Assembly (NCBI GenBank): GCA_964450805.1
Contig: CAYVDD010000001.1
Span: 200,595-252,364 of the forward strand
Length of the DNA stretch: 51,770 nt
Source of the DNA: an uncultured Candidatus Saccharibacteria bacterium
Lineage (GTDB): Bacteria > Patescibacteriota > Minisyncoccia > Minisyncoccales > JANBVM01
Direction: 5' to 3'
Each line of letters opens with the position of its first letter. Position 1 is the first letter of the stretch. The notes beneath the pieces are model-generated. The model searched no databases and was not told where the DNA came from. It saw only the letters and a program-made list of their open reading frames with translations. Below are positions 37,433 through 46,673 of the stretch, piece after piece. Made by a program: the position numbers and the translations under genes.

Positions 37433-38677
37433 TTATTTTAATGAATCTTGTGTTGTTGAAAGGGCTTCTTTTGTATAGAAGTTATCTGGACTCCACAGCA
37501 TAAAACCTGAAAAATCATCTCCTAAGGCATCTTTAACTGCTTTAATCTCTAATTCTACCTCTTCTTTTTTATAATCAGCCCCTAAGTCAAAATCCTGAAG
37601 CCAGGGCCGTAATTTACTTTTTGTTGATGTAGCTTGTTTAAAAGCATTAAGTTTAATTAAACCATTTTCCATTGCATTTTTAATCACTTCATAAGGATAC
37701 TCAGCAGGATTTTCATATCCCAAATACATTGAAGCATAATGAGAAGGATAAACCATAGGACAAACAAAATCAAAGTATTGATAAGCATCTTCAATTTTTT
37801 GACCAACACCTAAATCAGATTTTTCAGTAATAAGCCCAAAAATATCAGCTGATAAAACAGCATCAGGAAACTCTTCTCTTAAATAAGCATAAAAATCACT
37901 AATTACTGAAACCCTTGTAGTGCTGGTGCTGTTCCATAAAGAAAAGCTCAAATCACCCATATCACCGTCAGAAGGAAAACGGATATAGTCAAAATTTAAT
38001 TCATCAAAGCCCTTGTTTAAAACATCTTTGGCAATAGCAATATTATAATACCAGGATTCCTTGGAGGCTGGATCAATCCAGGCCAATCCTGATTTATCAA
38101 GCCATAACAATGAATTATCTGACTTTCTTCTGATTGCTAAGTCAGGTCTTGACCAGGCTAAAACAGGATCCTGGAAAACAGTGATTCTGGCAATGGTGTA
38201 AATCCCCTCTTTGTGAAATCTTTCAACAAGCGCTTTAACATCTGCTATTAAAAATCTTTCAGCATTATACTCCTGAGCTTCAAGCACTTCAGTATTATAG
38301 CTAATATGTCCTGACCAATCCTTAATATCAATAACTACTGCATTAATTTCTGTATTTTTAGCCAAGTCAATTACATAATTTATTCTGTAGGGACTGCTGG
38401 CTGACCAGCTTGTTAAATAAATTGCTTTTATTATTTCTGGCGTTTTAAAAGTTGATGTGTTGATTTCACTTTCAGTAGAGGTAGATGTTTTTACAATCTT
38501 AGCAGGTAAAAATTCTCTATTCTGATCCTCTTTTCTCTCTTCTATTTCATATTCCTGTTCTAATAAAGAAACAGGTTCTTCTAAAGGAGTTAAAGAATCT
38601 TTTAAAAAAAACAATATTATAAAAAACAAAAAAACTTCAAAATACCTATTATTAAACAATTTTTTAATTTTTCTCAT
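37433..38677 (-). CDS. Putative glycoside hydrolase (DUF4015-like), membrane anchored
   Basis: NAVVIDIKD, ARITVFQD, GFDELNFDYIRFP, PMVYPSHY, RPWLQDF. Confidence 0.85.
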   Translation of the reverse strand: MRKIKKLFNNRYFEVFLFFIILFFLKDSLTPLEEPVSLLEQEYEIEERKEDQNREFLPAKIVKTSTSTESEINTSTFKTPEIIKAIYLTSWSASSPYRINYVIDLAKNTEINAVVIDIKDWSGHISYNTEVLEAQEYNAERFLIADVKALVERFHKEGIYTIARITVFQDPVLAWSRPDLAIRRKSDNSLLWLDKSGLAWIDPASKESWYYNIAIAKDVLNKGFDELNFDYIRFPSDGDMGDLSFSLWNSTSTTRVSVISDFYAYLREEFPDAVLSADIFGLITEKSDLGVGQKIEDAYQYFDFVCPMVYPSHYASMYLGYENPAEYPYEVIKNAMENGLIKLNAFKQATSTKSKLRPWLQDFDLGADYKKEEVELEIKAVKDALGDDFSGFMLWSPDNFYTKEALSTTQDSLK

Positions 38678-39468
38678 TTTTCAATTCCAAAATCTATTGC
38701 TTTTTTAATTTGAGGCATTTCTAAAGGATTAATGTTTTTCAAAGAATTACCTTTAAATCCCTGGATTATTTTAATTCCTTCAATATCAATATCTATCCGG
38801 CTCTTCGAAGCAAGAATTAAGTTTGGCTCAGCTAATTCACCCTCAGCTGGACCTTTATTTATGAAGCACTTTCTTCCATCCATAATTATTAAATCAGGAT
38901 TAATCATTTTATTTAATTCAGCTATTTTTTCCTGTAGATTTTTCAAATGCAGACGAACCCTTTCAATTGGTTTCATAAAACCAACTGATAGTTTTAATGC
39001 TCCAGTAAATTGAGCGTATGAATGAGTTTTTAAATTAGGTAGAAGTATTAATTTGTCAGGTCTGTCCAGGAATTCAGACAAAGACACTGTTTTTAAATAT
39101 TCAGCGCCAGGAATTTGTTTTTTAACCCATTTCCTTTCATCAAAATTATAAATCCTAGGAGGTATTTCCATTTTCTCCAAATCAAAAATACCTATCTTTT
39201 CCATCACCTTTCTGGTGTTCAAACTCATAGTTGAAGAATCCCCTATCATTACAATCTTAGCTCCACAATCATAAATTAATTCAACAATAGTTTTTAAAAA
39301 ATCTAAACTGCTTGACGCTGGAAATGGATCAGCAGTGTTAAAATTAGGTTTTAACAATACTGTTTCTCCTTTCTTAATAAACTTCTCAAATCCATCAATC
39401 TCTTCAACTGCTCTTGTTATTGAGCTTTTTAAATCACTTTCAACTATTATTTTAGATACTTTATTCAT
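38674..39468 (-). CDS. DUF362 domain protein
   Basis: VLLKPN, P.LKTH, TGALK, PDL.I.DG, GP..G. Confidence 0.85.
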   Translation of the reverse strand: MNKVSKIIVESDLKSSITRAVEEIDGFEKFIKKGETVLLKPNFNTADPFPASSSLDFLKTIVELIYDCGAKIVMIGDSSTMSLNTRKVMEKIGIFDLEKMEIPPRIYNFDERKWVKKQIPGAEYLKTVSLSEFLDRPDKLILLPNLKTHSYAQFTGALKLSVGFMKPIERVRLHLKNLQEKIAELNKMINPDLIIMDGRKCFINKGPAEGELAEPNLILASKSRIDIDIEGIKIIQGFKGNSLKNINPLEMPQIKKAIDFGIEK

Positions 39469-39570
39469 AGTAATCCTTTATTTTAAGTTTTTAAGCAGTT
39501 TTTGTCTATTTTAAATAAAAAAAACTGGCTCTAGACCAGATCAAAAAAAAATATAAGCCGAAACAAAGAG

Positions 39571-40245
39571 CTACTTTCCGTATCTTCTTTGTCTTCTTGT
39601 ATATTCTGAAATTGCCTGATCTAAATCTGCTTCATTAAAATCAGGCCAGTATTTTTTGAAAAAATAAAGTTCGCTGTAAGCAGCCTGCCAGATTAAAAAA
39701 TTAGAAATACGCTGTTCTTTTCCTGTTCTAATAATTAAATCCAGGTCAGATGTCCATAAGTTTCTGGAAATCAATCCTTCATCAATCTTATCAATATCTA
39801 TTTTTTGTCTAATAACATTTTTAACAGCTTCAACAATCTCTGCTCTTCCTCCATAACTCAGAGCAAAGTTCAAAGTCATTGCATTATTGTTTTTTGTTAA
39901 GTCTTCTATCTTCTTGATTGATGCTTGAATAGTCATTGGCAGTCTATCACGCTGACCAATCACTCTTAATTTAATGTTTTGTTCAGCAGCTTCGCTAAAA
40001 TGCGAATCCATATTCTCAGCCAGCTTCATTAAATAATTAACTTCTTTTTTAGGCCTTTTCCAGTTTTCAGTTGAAAAAACAAAAAGAGTCAGGTTTTTAA
40101 TCCCTTTTTCTTTACACCAGCTGATTACTTTCTTAATTTTATCCAGCCCTTTTTTATGACCTTCAAAAGCAGGCAAACCTTTTTCTTTTGCCCATCTTCT
40201 GTTGCCGTCTAAAATAATTCCTAGATGATTGGGAACTTTTTTCAT
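39571..40245 (-). CDS. uppS: cis-prenyltransferase (undecaprenyl diphosphate synthase)
   Basis: DGNRRWA, FSTENWKRP, YGGR, RT..EQRISNF..WQ, RRYG. Confidence 0.97.
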   Translation of the reverse strand: MKKVPNHLGIILDGNRRWAKEKGLPAFEGHKKGLDKIKKVISWCKEKGIKNLTLFVFSTENWKRPKKEVNYLMKLAENMDSHFSEAAEQNIKLRVIGQRDRLPMTIQASIKKIEDLTKNNNAMTLNFALSYGGRAEIVEAVKNVIRQKIDIDKIDEGLISRNLWTSDLDLIIRTGKEQRISNFLIWQAAYSELYFFKKYWPDFNEADLDQAISEYTRRQRRYGK

Positions 40246-40257
40246 ATATATATTTTA

Positions 40258-41196
40258 CTACAATAAGAAATCACTTTCTATTTTAAAATTTTTTGGTAAA
40301 AGCCAGGGAATATTAAAACCTAAAAAGTATACTGATTTTGTGGCTAGTTTTGAAAAATTAATTCTTGGCAGAAAAAATCTTTCCAGTCCCTTTTTATATT
40401 TTAAGAAATTAGGAAAATTTTTCAACAAAATATCAGCAGCAATCAATCCCCAGATTACTCCCCCACCTGACCATGGTTTTGTTAATCCTGCTGCATCACC
40501 ACAAAGTGTAATCCTTGAATTTGAAGAAACAGTAAGACCCTGGGGAATTAGAGCTGAAGTTATTCTTTTAAATTTAATCTTTCTTTTTTTACAGAATTCA
40601 TCAAAAATACTTTTAGCTTTGTTGGTTTCTTCAATAATTCCATACTCTATTTCATTTCCTCTGGGAATTTTCCATAAGAATCCTGAATCAGTTGGCCAGG
40701 TTTCAACAAAATCTGAATTGTCTTTTTTTGAAATAAAGCCCTGAATTCCAAGACGAAACTGGGGTTCTTTTAAGTTCAATAATTTCCTGATTTGAGAATT
40801 TGCTCCATCGCATCCTATTATTCTGTCAAAACCATCAGGAAAAGATTTTATTGAACTGTTTAAAATAATATTTGCTCCTGATTTTTTTGCTAAAGAACCT
40901 GTTAATCTGTCTAATTCATCATGATTAATTACAAAGAATTTTTTTGAAAACTTAATCTTTAAACTTTTTTTTGGAAAGTGCAGTAAAGAATTTTTAATTT
41001 CATTCCTGATTAATTCTTTACCCTCAGGAATAAAGTCTAAAATCCTTTCAGAAAAAAGACCTGAACATGACTGCTTGCCAATGTATTTCTTTCTTTCAAA
41101 AACAGTTACCCTAAAGCCTCTTTGAGACAACTTCCATGCCAAGTAAAGCCCTGTGATTCCTGCTCCAATAATAGCTGCTTTTTGATTCTTGTTCAT
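40258..41196 (-). CDS. FAD-dependent oxidoreductase, geranylgeranyl-reductase-like
   Basis: IIGAGITG, K.SCSG, IIGCDGANS, FLWKIP, GDAAGLTKPWSGGG. Confidence 0.8.
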   Translation of the reverse strand: MNKNQKAAIIGAGITGLYLAWKLSQRGFRVTVFERKKYIGKQSCSGLFSERILDFIPEGKELIRNEIKNSLLHFPKKSLKIKFSKKFFVINHDELDRLTGSLAKKSGANIILNSSIKSFPDGFDRIIGCDGANSQIRKLLNLKEPQFRLGIQGFISKKDNSDFVETWPTDSGFLWKIPRGNEIEYGIIEETNKAKSIFDEFCKKRKIKFKRITSALIPQGLTVSSNSRITLCGDAAGLTKPWSGGGVIWGLIAADILLKNFPNFLKYKKGLERFFLPRINFSKLATKSVYFLGFNIPWLLPKNFKIESDFLL

Positions 41197-41344
41197 ATTC
41201 AATTCTTAATGGTTCTTTTAACTGTTCTTTAGCTATAATATAGCCAACAGCAAAGGAAAGTAAAGAGATTAAGATAACGCCGATAAATAATACTATATCA
41301 TCCTGATGCTTTTTGAAAAACTGAATCAATTCTCTAATTGTCAC
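41111..41344 (-). CDS. Small single-TM protein, 3' end overlaps the next gene
   Basis: One TM helix; fills the gap after pyrG. Confidence 0.6.
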   Translation of the reverse strand: MTIRELIQFFKKHQDDIVLFIGVILISLLSFAVGYIIAKEQLKEPLRIEYEQESKSSYYWSRNHRALLGMEVVSKRL

Positions 41345-41346
41345 AA

Positions 41347-42972
41347 TTATGTTTTTCTAATACAAGTTTTAATAAATTCTTTAAATAACGGATGAGGCTT
41401 TAAAGGTTTTGATTTATACTCTGGATGAAACTGACTGGCAATAAAAAATGGATGATCTTTAATCTCTATAATTTCAACTAAATTTCTTTTAGGATTAACA
41501 CCAGCCACAACCATTCCTCTTTTCTCTAATCTTTTACGGAAAGCATTATTTAACTCATAGCGGTGGCGGTGGCGCTCATAAATATATTTCTTTCCATCAT
41601 AGATGTTAAAACTTTTAGTGCCTTTTTTAAGTTCACACTTGTAAGTTCCCAGTCTCATTGTAGCGCCGTATTTCTCTTGTTTTAAGAACTTTTTTTGTTC
41701 TGTCATTGTGTCAATAACAGGATATTTGCATTTAGGCGCAAATTCAGTTGAATAAGCTTTTTTAATACTGCAAACATTTCTGGCAAATTCTATTACTGCT
41801 AACTGCATTCCCAAACACAATCCCAGGTAAGGAATTTTCTCATTTCTGCAGAATTCAATCACTTTTATTTTTCCTTCTATGCCCCTGGTTCCAAAACCTC
41901 CTGGTACAATTATTCCATCAAAATCTTTTAATCCCTTTATTTTTTCAGGTGATTTTTCATATTTCTCAGATGAAAGCCATTGAATTTTTGGTTTTCTTTT
42001 TAAAAACCAACAAGCATGCTTTACAGCCTCTATTACTGAGATATAAGAATCCATTAACGTAAACTTTCCTGTCTGAAAATACTTACCAGCAATACCAATC
42101 TTAACTTCTTTGCTGTCTTTCTTAATTATTTCAACAAGCTGTTTCCACTGCCTTAAATCTTGTTTTACAGATGGCAGGCCGAACTTTTCTAAAATTCTAT
42201 TACCCAGCTTTTCTTTTGCATAGTTAAGCGGAACCTCATAAATTGATTCAACATCTGACGAGGAAAAAACATCTGAATCATTTATATTACAAAAGATTGA
42301 AATTTTTCTTTTTCTTGGTTTATCCAAAGGCGAAGCTGAACGACCTAAAATTATCTCTGGTTGAATTCCAGCTTCGTTTAACAAACGAACAGCAGTCTGA
42401 GTTGGTTTTGTCTTCATTTCTCCAATCGTTGCAGGGACTGGAAGATAAGAAACCAGAATAAAGATTACATTTTCCGGATTTTTTAATTTCATCATTCTGG
42501 CTGCCTCTAAAAACAGCATGTTCTGATACTCACCCACTGTCCCGCCGATCTCAATTAAAACAAAATCAGCTTTTGCCAGTTTACCTGCTTTTTTAATCCT
42601 TAATATAACTTCGTTTGGAATATCAGGAACCACTTCCACACAACGGCCATCATAACCTAAATTTCTTTCTCTATTGATTACTGCCTGATAAATCCTTCCT
42701 GTTGTTATATAATTATTAGTTGTAAGAGTTTCGTCCAAAAATCTTTCATAGTTTCCAATGTCCTGGTCGCACTCTGTTCCGTCATCCATAACAAAAACTT
42801 CCCCGTGCTCAACGGGGTTCATTGTTCCAGCATCAACATTGATATAAGGATCAATTTTAATAGCAGTAACCTTGAAACCTTTTAATTTCAAGATTCTACC
42901 GATAGAAGCTGTTGCTATGCCCTTGCCAATACCAGACATTACTCCGCCAGCAACAAAAATGAATCTTGGCAT
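41347..42972 (-). CDS. pyrG: CTP synthase
   Basis: GGVMSGIGKG, KIDPY, GGTVG, KTKPTQ, GLCLG, RHRHRYE, FHPE. Confidence 0.98.
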   Translation of the reverse strand: MPRFIFVAGGVMSGIGKGIATASIGRILKLKGFKVTAIKIDPYINVDAGTMNPVEHGEVFVMDDGTECDQDIGNYERFLDETLTTNNYITTGRIYQAVINRERNLGYDGRCVEVVPDIPNEVILRIKKAGKLAKADFVLIEIGGTVGEYQNMLFLEAARMMKLKNPENVIFILVSYLPVPATIGEMKTKPTQTAVRLLNEAGIQPEIILGRSASPLDKPRKRKISIFCNINDSDVFSSSDVESIYEVPLNYAKEKLGNRILEKFGLPSVKQDLRQWKQLVEIIKKDSKEVKIGIAGKYFQTGKFTLMDSYISVIEAVKHACWFLKRKPKIQWLSSEKYEKSPEKIKGLKDFDGIIVPGGFGTRGIEGKIKVIEFCRNEKIPYLGLCLGMQLAVIEFARNVCSIKKAYSTEFAPKCKYPVIDTMTEQKKFLKQEKYGATMRLGTYKCELKKGTKSFNIYDGKKYIYERHRHRYELNNAFRKRLEKRGMVVAGVNPKRNLVEIIEIKDHPFFIASQFHPEYKSKPLKPHPLFKEFIKTCIRKT

Positions 42973-42973
42973 T

Positions 42974-43423
42974 TTATTTTTTTTCTTCTTCTATAATTAT
43001 TGTTATTTCTGCTTCTAAGTTATGTTCAAACTTAATTTTAACCGGAAACTCACCAAGTTCTTTAATAGGTTGACTGAGTTCGATTTGAGTTTTTTTAATA
43101 TTAAAACCCGACTGCTTTAAAGTTTCCTGAATCTTTTGAGGAGTAATTGACTCAAAAAGCTGGTTTTCATCACCAACCTTAACACTGATTACAAATTCCA
43201 TGCCCTCCATACTCTCAATTAAAGCCTGGGTTTTCTTTAATTCTTCTTCTGCTTCTTGCGCCTCAAGCTCTTTTTGTGATTTTAATTGTTCCATAGCTTG
43301 TTTTGTTGCTATTTTTACCAAACCCTTAGGTATTAAAAAATTCCTTGCATAGCCATTTTTAACTTCTTTCACTTCGTTTTTTTTACCTAAGTTTTCAATG
43401 TCTTTTAAAAGTATAACACGCAT
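42974..43423 (-). CDS. rplI: 50S ribosomal protein L9
   Basis: MRVILL, VKNGYARNFLIP, PIKELG. Confidence 0.97.
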   Translation of the reverse strand: MRVILLKDIENLGKKNEVKEVKNGYARNFLIPKGLVKIATKQAMEQLKSQKELEAQEAEEELKKTQALIESMEGMEFVISVKVGDENQLFESITPQKIQETLKQSGFNIKKTQIELSQPIKELGEFPVKIKFEHNLEAEITIIIEEEKK

Positions 43424-43447
43424 GTTTTTATTTATAAAATTAGTTTA

Positions 43448-44632
43448 CTACAGACTTTTAAGCACTTCAATAGCTTTGTTTAGTTGAGGGTCCCTGTCTT
43501 CTTCATAGTCCTCGCTAGTCATTTCTACTTCAATATCAGGCTCCAAACCAACTTCTGTTATAAGATGACCTTTAGGAGTCAGCCATTTAGCAACTGTAAC
43601 TTTCAGACTGGAGCCTCCTGTTAAATTAACTAATTCCTGAACTGAACCTTTTCCAAAAGATTTCTCCCCTATTAAAGGAATATTACGATTATCTCTTAAA
43701 GCTCCTGCCAATATCTCAGAACCTGAAGCTGAACCTTCATTAATCAAAACAACAACCTTATAATCTAAAAATACAGGATTACCTTCAGTCCTATATTCAA
43801 GTTTAGCTCCGTCACTAAACTCTTCAGTCACAACTAATTCTCCTTTCTCCAAAAACCAACCGGCAATATTTTGGGCTATTTCCAAATAACCTCCAGGATT
43901 ATTCCTTAAATCTATAATAATTTTTTTTGCTGAAGTATCAAGAATCTTTAAAATTAAATCTCTAAAATCATATGCTGCTTGCTGGCTGAACTGATACAAT
44001 TTTATATAAGCAATGCTGTTATTTTCAAGAAGCTCCCATTTTAATGAAGGAATTTCAATCACCCCCCTTGTTATTGTAATTTCTTTTGATTCCTGCCAGT
44101 CTTCGCGATAGATTGTTAAAACAACATCTGTTCCTCTTGGACCTCTTATTAAATTAACAGCTTCATCAATTGTAATGTCAGCAGTTAAAGAATCATCAAC
44201 TTTTAAAATCTTATCTCCTGCCAATAATCCTGCTTTTTGGGCTGGAGTTCCCTCTAATGGCGCTATTACCTGAAGCTGGTTTTTTCTGATTCCTATTTCC
44301 ATTCCCACTCCCTCAAAAACACCTTGCACGTCTTCAACAAATCTTTTTGTGTCTTTTGGAGGGAAAAATACTGTATAAGGATCATCTAAAGATTTTACCA
44401 TTCCTGAGATAGCTCCATAAAGAATTCCTTGGGTATTAATTTTATCATTATCTACAAATTTTTCTTTTAATTTCTGATAAGATTCCCAAAAAAGAGAGAA
44501 ATTAATTTCTTCTGGCTGACAAACATCGCATACAATCTGAATTCTCCCAAACCAAACACCAATTCCAAAACTAAGAAGAATTGCACCAATTAGAAAAAAT
44601 AAATTAAATTTTGCTTTATTCAAAAAAGCCAT
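43448..44632 (-). CDS. ctpA: S41 carboxyl-terminal processing protease with PDZ domain
   Basis: DPYT, DLRNNPGG, SASGSEI, FGKGSVQ. Confidence 0.93.
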   Translation of the reverse strand: MAFLNKAKFNLFFLIGAILLSFGIGVWFGRIQIVCDVCQPEEINFSLFWESYQKLKEKFVDNDKINTQGILYGAISGMVKSLDDPYTVFFPPKDTKRFVEDVQGVFEGVGMEIGIRKNQLQVIAPLEGTPAQKAGLLAGDKILKVDDSLTADITIDEAVNLIRGPRGTDVVLTIYREDWQESKEITITRGVIEIPSLKWELLENNSIAYIKLYQFSQQAAYDFRDLILKILDTSAKKIIIDLRNNPGGYLEIAQNIAGWFLEKGELVVTEEFSDGAKLEYRTEGNPVFLDYKVVVLINEGSASGSEILAGALRDNRNIPLIGEKSFGKGSVQELVNLTGGSSLKVTVAKWLTPKGHLITEVGLEPDIEVEMTSEDYEEDRDPQLNKAIEVLKSL

Positions 44633-44737
44633 AATAAGTAATTTTTACAAGAATTTATAGATTATCTTAACATAATCCTCAGGGGAAAAAAAGACAGTTT
44701 AATAGCTAAAAAATAGAGTTAAACCTGTTTTCACTGA

Positions 44738-45133
44738 TTATCGCAAATGGTCTTTTATTAACCTAATATCATCGAAATCTTTTGGGCGACCCATTTTTTT
44801 CTTACATTCTAGAAGATCATCTAAGCGAATAAATCTTAATCCATTAATTAATTCCGCTCGTCCTATTATTTCTCTCAAGCCATTAATTTTAGGTTCCCAA
44901 GCCCAAGAAGGATAAATTTCGATCTCTCCAACTTTTATTCTTTCTTTTTTAGAATCTTTTGGATATTTTCCTTTAAGTTTTTGATATAAATTATCTGTTA
45001 CTATTACATCCAAATCTTTTGCCTCTCTAATTTCTCTTATAGCTAAAGGTCCGCTCCCGTAGATGGCGTATTGATTATCCGGCAAATTTAATTTTCTAAA
45101 CTCGTCTAATAACTTCTCAAATTCTTTACTCAT
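44738..45133 (-). CDS. Small nucleotidyltransferase-like protein
   Basis: GSG.L....R...DLD and K...GRPKD motifs. Confidence 0.65.
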   Translation of the reverse strand: MSKEFEKLLDEFRKLNLPDNQYAIYGSGPLAIREIREAKDLDVIVTDNLYQKLKGKYPKDSKKERIKVGEIEIYPSWAWEPKINGLREIIGRAELINGLRFIRLDDLLECKKKMGRPKDFDDIRLIKDHLR

Positions 45134-45168
45134 TTTATTAATCTGAAGAGTTTTCCTCAGCCTTTTGT

Positions 45169-45390
45169 TTAATTTTTTAATTCCTTTTTAAATAATTTTC
45201 TTTTAACCTCAGCTATTTGGACAGAATCTTCTAGTAACTGCCCCTTGTATAATTTATACAAAAGAGGAATAACACCGCAATTATTGCATTTTCCCCAGGC
45301 GCACTTCCCTCCTTTCTTCTTGAATAATCTTTTACACATCGCAATCTCTTTATCAAAAATTTCTTTTTCAATAGCTTTTTTCTTTTTCAT
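45169..45390 (-). CDS. Small Cys-containing hypothetical protein
   Basis: C...C.WGKC..CG; extended -10 box 6 nt before the ATG. Confidence 0.65.
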   Translation of the reverse strand: MKKKKAIEKEIFDKEIAMCKRLFKKKGGKCAWGKCNNCGVIPLLYKLYKGQLLEDSVQIAEVKRKLFKKELKN

Positions 45391-45485
45391 ATTTCTATCT
45401 TAACAAAAAATCACCCATATGGCGATTTTCTTCAGCCAACAATTCCACTTTAAATTTAAAAAAATAGAGCTGCTTGTTTTAACAG

Positions 45486-45558
45486 TGCCCCCACCAGGAC
45501 TCGAACCTGGAACTATCAGCTTAAAAGGCTGTTACTCTGCCAGTTGAGTTATGGGGGC
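45486..45558 (-). tRNA. tRNA-Lys(UUU), CCA not encoded
   Basis: GCCCCCA/TGGGGGC acceptor stem, ACTC/GAGT D-stem, CTTTTAA anticodon loop, CCAGG-TTCGAGT-CCTGG T-arm. Confidence 0.96.
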
Positions 45559-45584
45559 GGATACACAAATATTATAACACAGAA

Positions 45585-46664
45585 TCATATTTCTTCAACT
45601 CGTAGTTTCTTTAAAAGCTCTCTCTGTTTTTTTGTAATTTTCTTTGGAGTTTGAATAGCTAATCTAACATAAAGGTCTCCTCTGCCTCTTCCTGAAAAAT
45701 GAGGTATTCCTTTTTTTGAAATTCTAAAAACTTTACCAGATTCAGTTCCAGCTGGCACTTTAAGTAAAATATTTTTATCTTCTAAAGTAGGAATATCTAT
45801 CTCATCTCCTAAAACTGCCTGAGAAAATAAAATTGGAATCGAAACATGTAAATCATCGCCTTTTCTCTGAAAAACAGCATCTTCTTTTACAAAGACCCTT
45901 ATAAATAAATCTCCTGGTTTTCCATTTCTTCTTCCAGTATTTCCTTTTCCTTCAAGTCTAATTATTTGATTTGTATCAATACCTGCTGGAATCCAGACCT
46001 TTATATCCTCCTTTCCTTTCATTCTTCCTTCACCTTTACAAACATTGCAAGGTTTTTCAGGCCTGTAACCTTCACCAGCGCATTCAGGACAAACAATATA
46101 TCTTGTAAATGAAGTAAAGAATGTTTTTTTAACTTCCTGAACATGCCCTGTTCCGCGACAGGAAAAACACTCAACAACTTTTGTTCCTGGTTCAGCTCCA
46201 ATTCCCTGACAGCGCAAACACGTTGTTTGCTTTGAAAGAGTTATCTCTTTTTCTATGCCTTGCAGGGTTTCTGCCAGAGAAACTTCTAAGTCTATTTTAA
46301 TATTTGAACCTCTTTTAAGGTCTTGTTTTCTCTGTCCTCCTCTAAAACCAAACATTTCTTCAACCAAATCACTTAAATCTTCGATATTAAAATCAAAACC
46401 AGTATTTTGTCCTCCCCAGCTCCATTGAAAATCAAATCCTGGTTGAGATCCTCTTTCAAAAACCCTGCCAAATTTATCATACTGAGCTCTTTTTTCATTA
46501 CTAGAAAGAATCTGATAAGCTTCATTTATTTCTTTGAATTTTTGTTCATCACCGCCTTTATCAGGATGATATTTGTGAGCAAGTTTATGATAAGCCTTCC
46601 TGATTTCTGTGTTTGTTGCCTGCTTTGATACGCCTAAAATCTTGTAATAATCTTTATTATTCAT
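45585..46664 (-). CDS. dnaJ: Chaperone DnaJ
   Basis: HPD motif; four CxxCxGxG. Confidence 0.97.
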   Translation of the reverse strand: MNNKDYYKILGVSKQATNTEIRKAYHKLAHKYHPDKGGDEQKFKEINEAYQILSSNEKRAQYDKFGRVFERGSQPGFDFQWSWGGQNTGFDFNIEDLSDLVEEMFGFRGGQRKQDLKRGSNIKIDLEVSLAETLQGIEKEITLSKQTTCLRCQGIGAEPGTKVVECFSCRGTGHVQEVKKTFFTSFTRYIVCPECAGEGYRPEKPCNVCKGEGRMKGKEDIKVWIPAGIDTNQIIRLEGKGNTGRRNGKPGDLFIRVFVKEDAVFQRKGDDLHVSIPILFSQAVLGDEIDIPTLEDKNILLKVPAGTESGKVFRISKKGIPHFSGRGRGDLYVRLAIQTPKKITKKQRELLKKLRVEEI

Positions 46665-46673
46665 CTTAATTTA

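Noticed and set aside
40229..40744. 171-aa plus-strand ORF and the other short antisense or nested ORFs in the track
   Set aside because: They overlap well-supported genes and have no motifs
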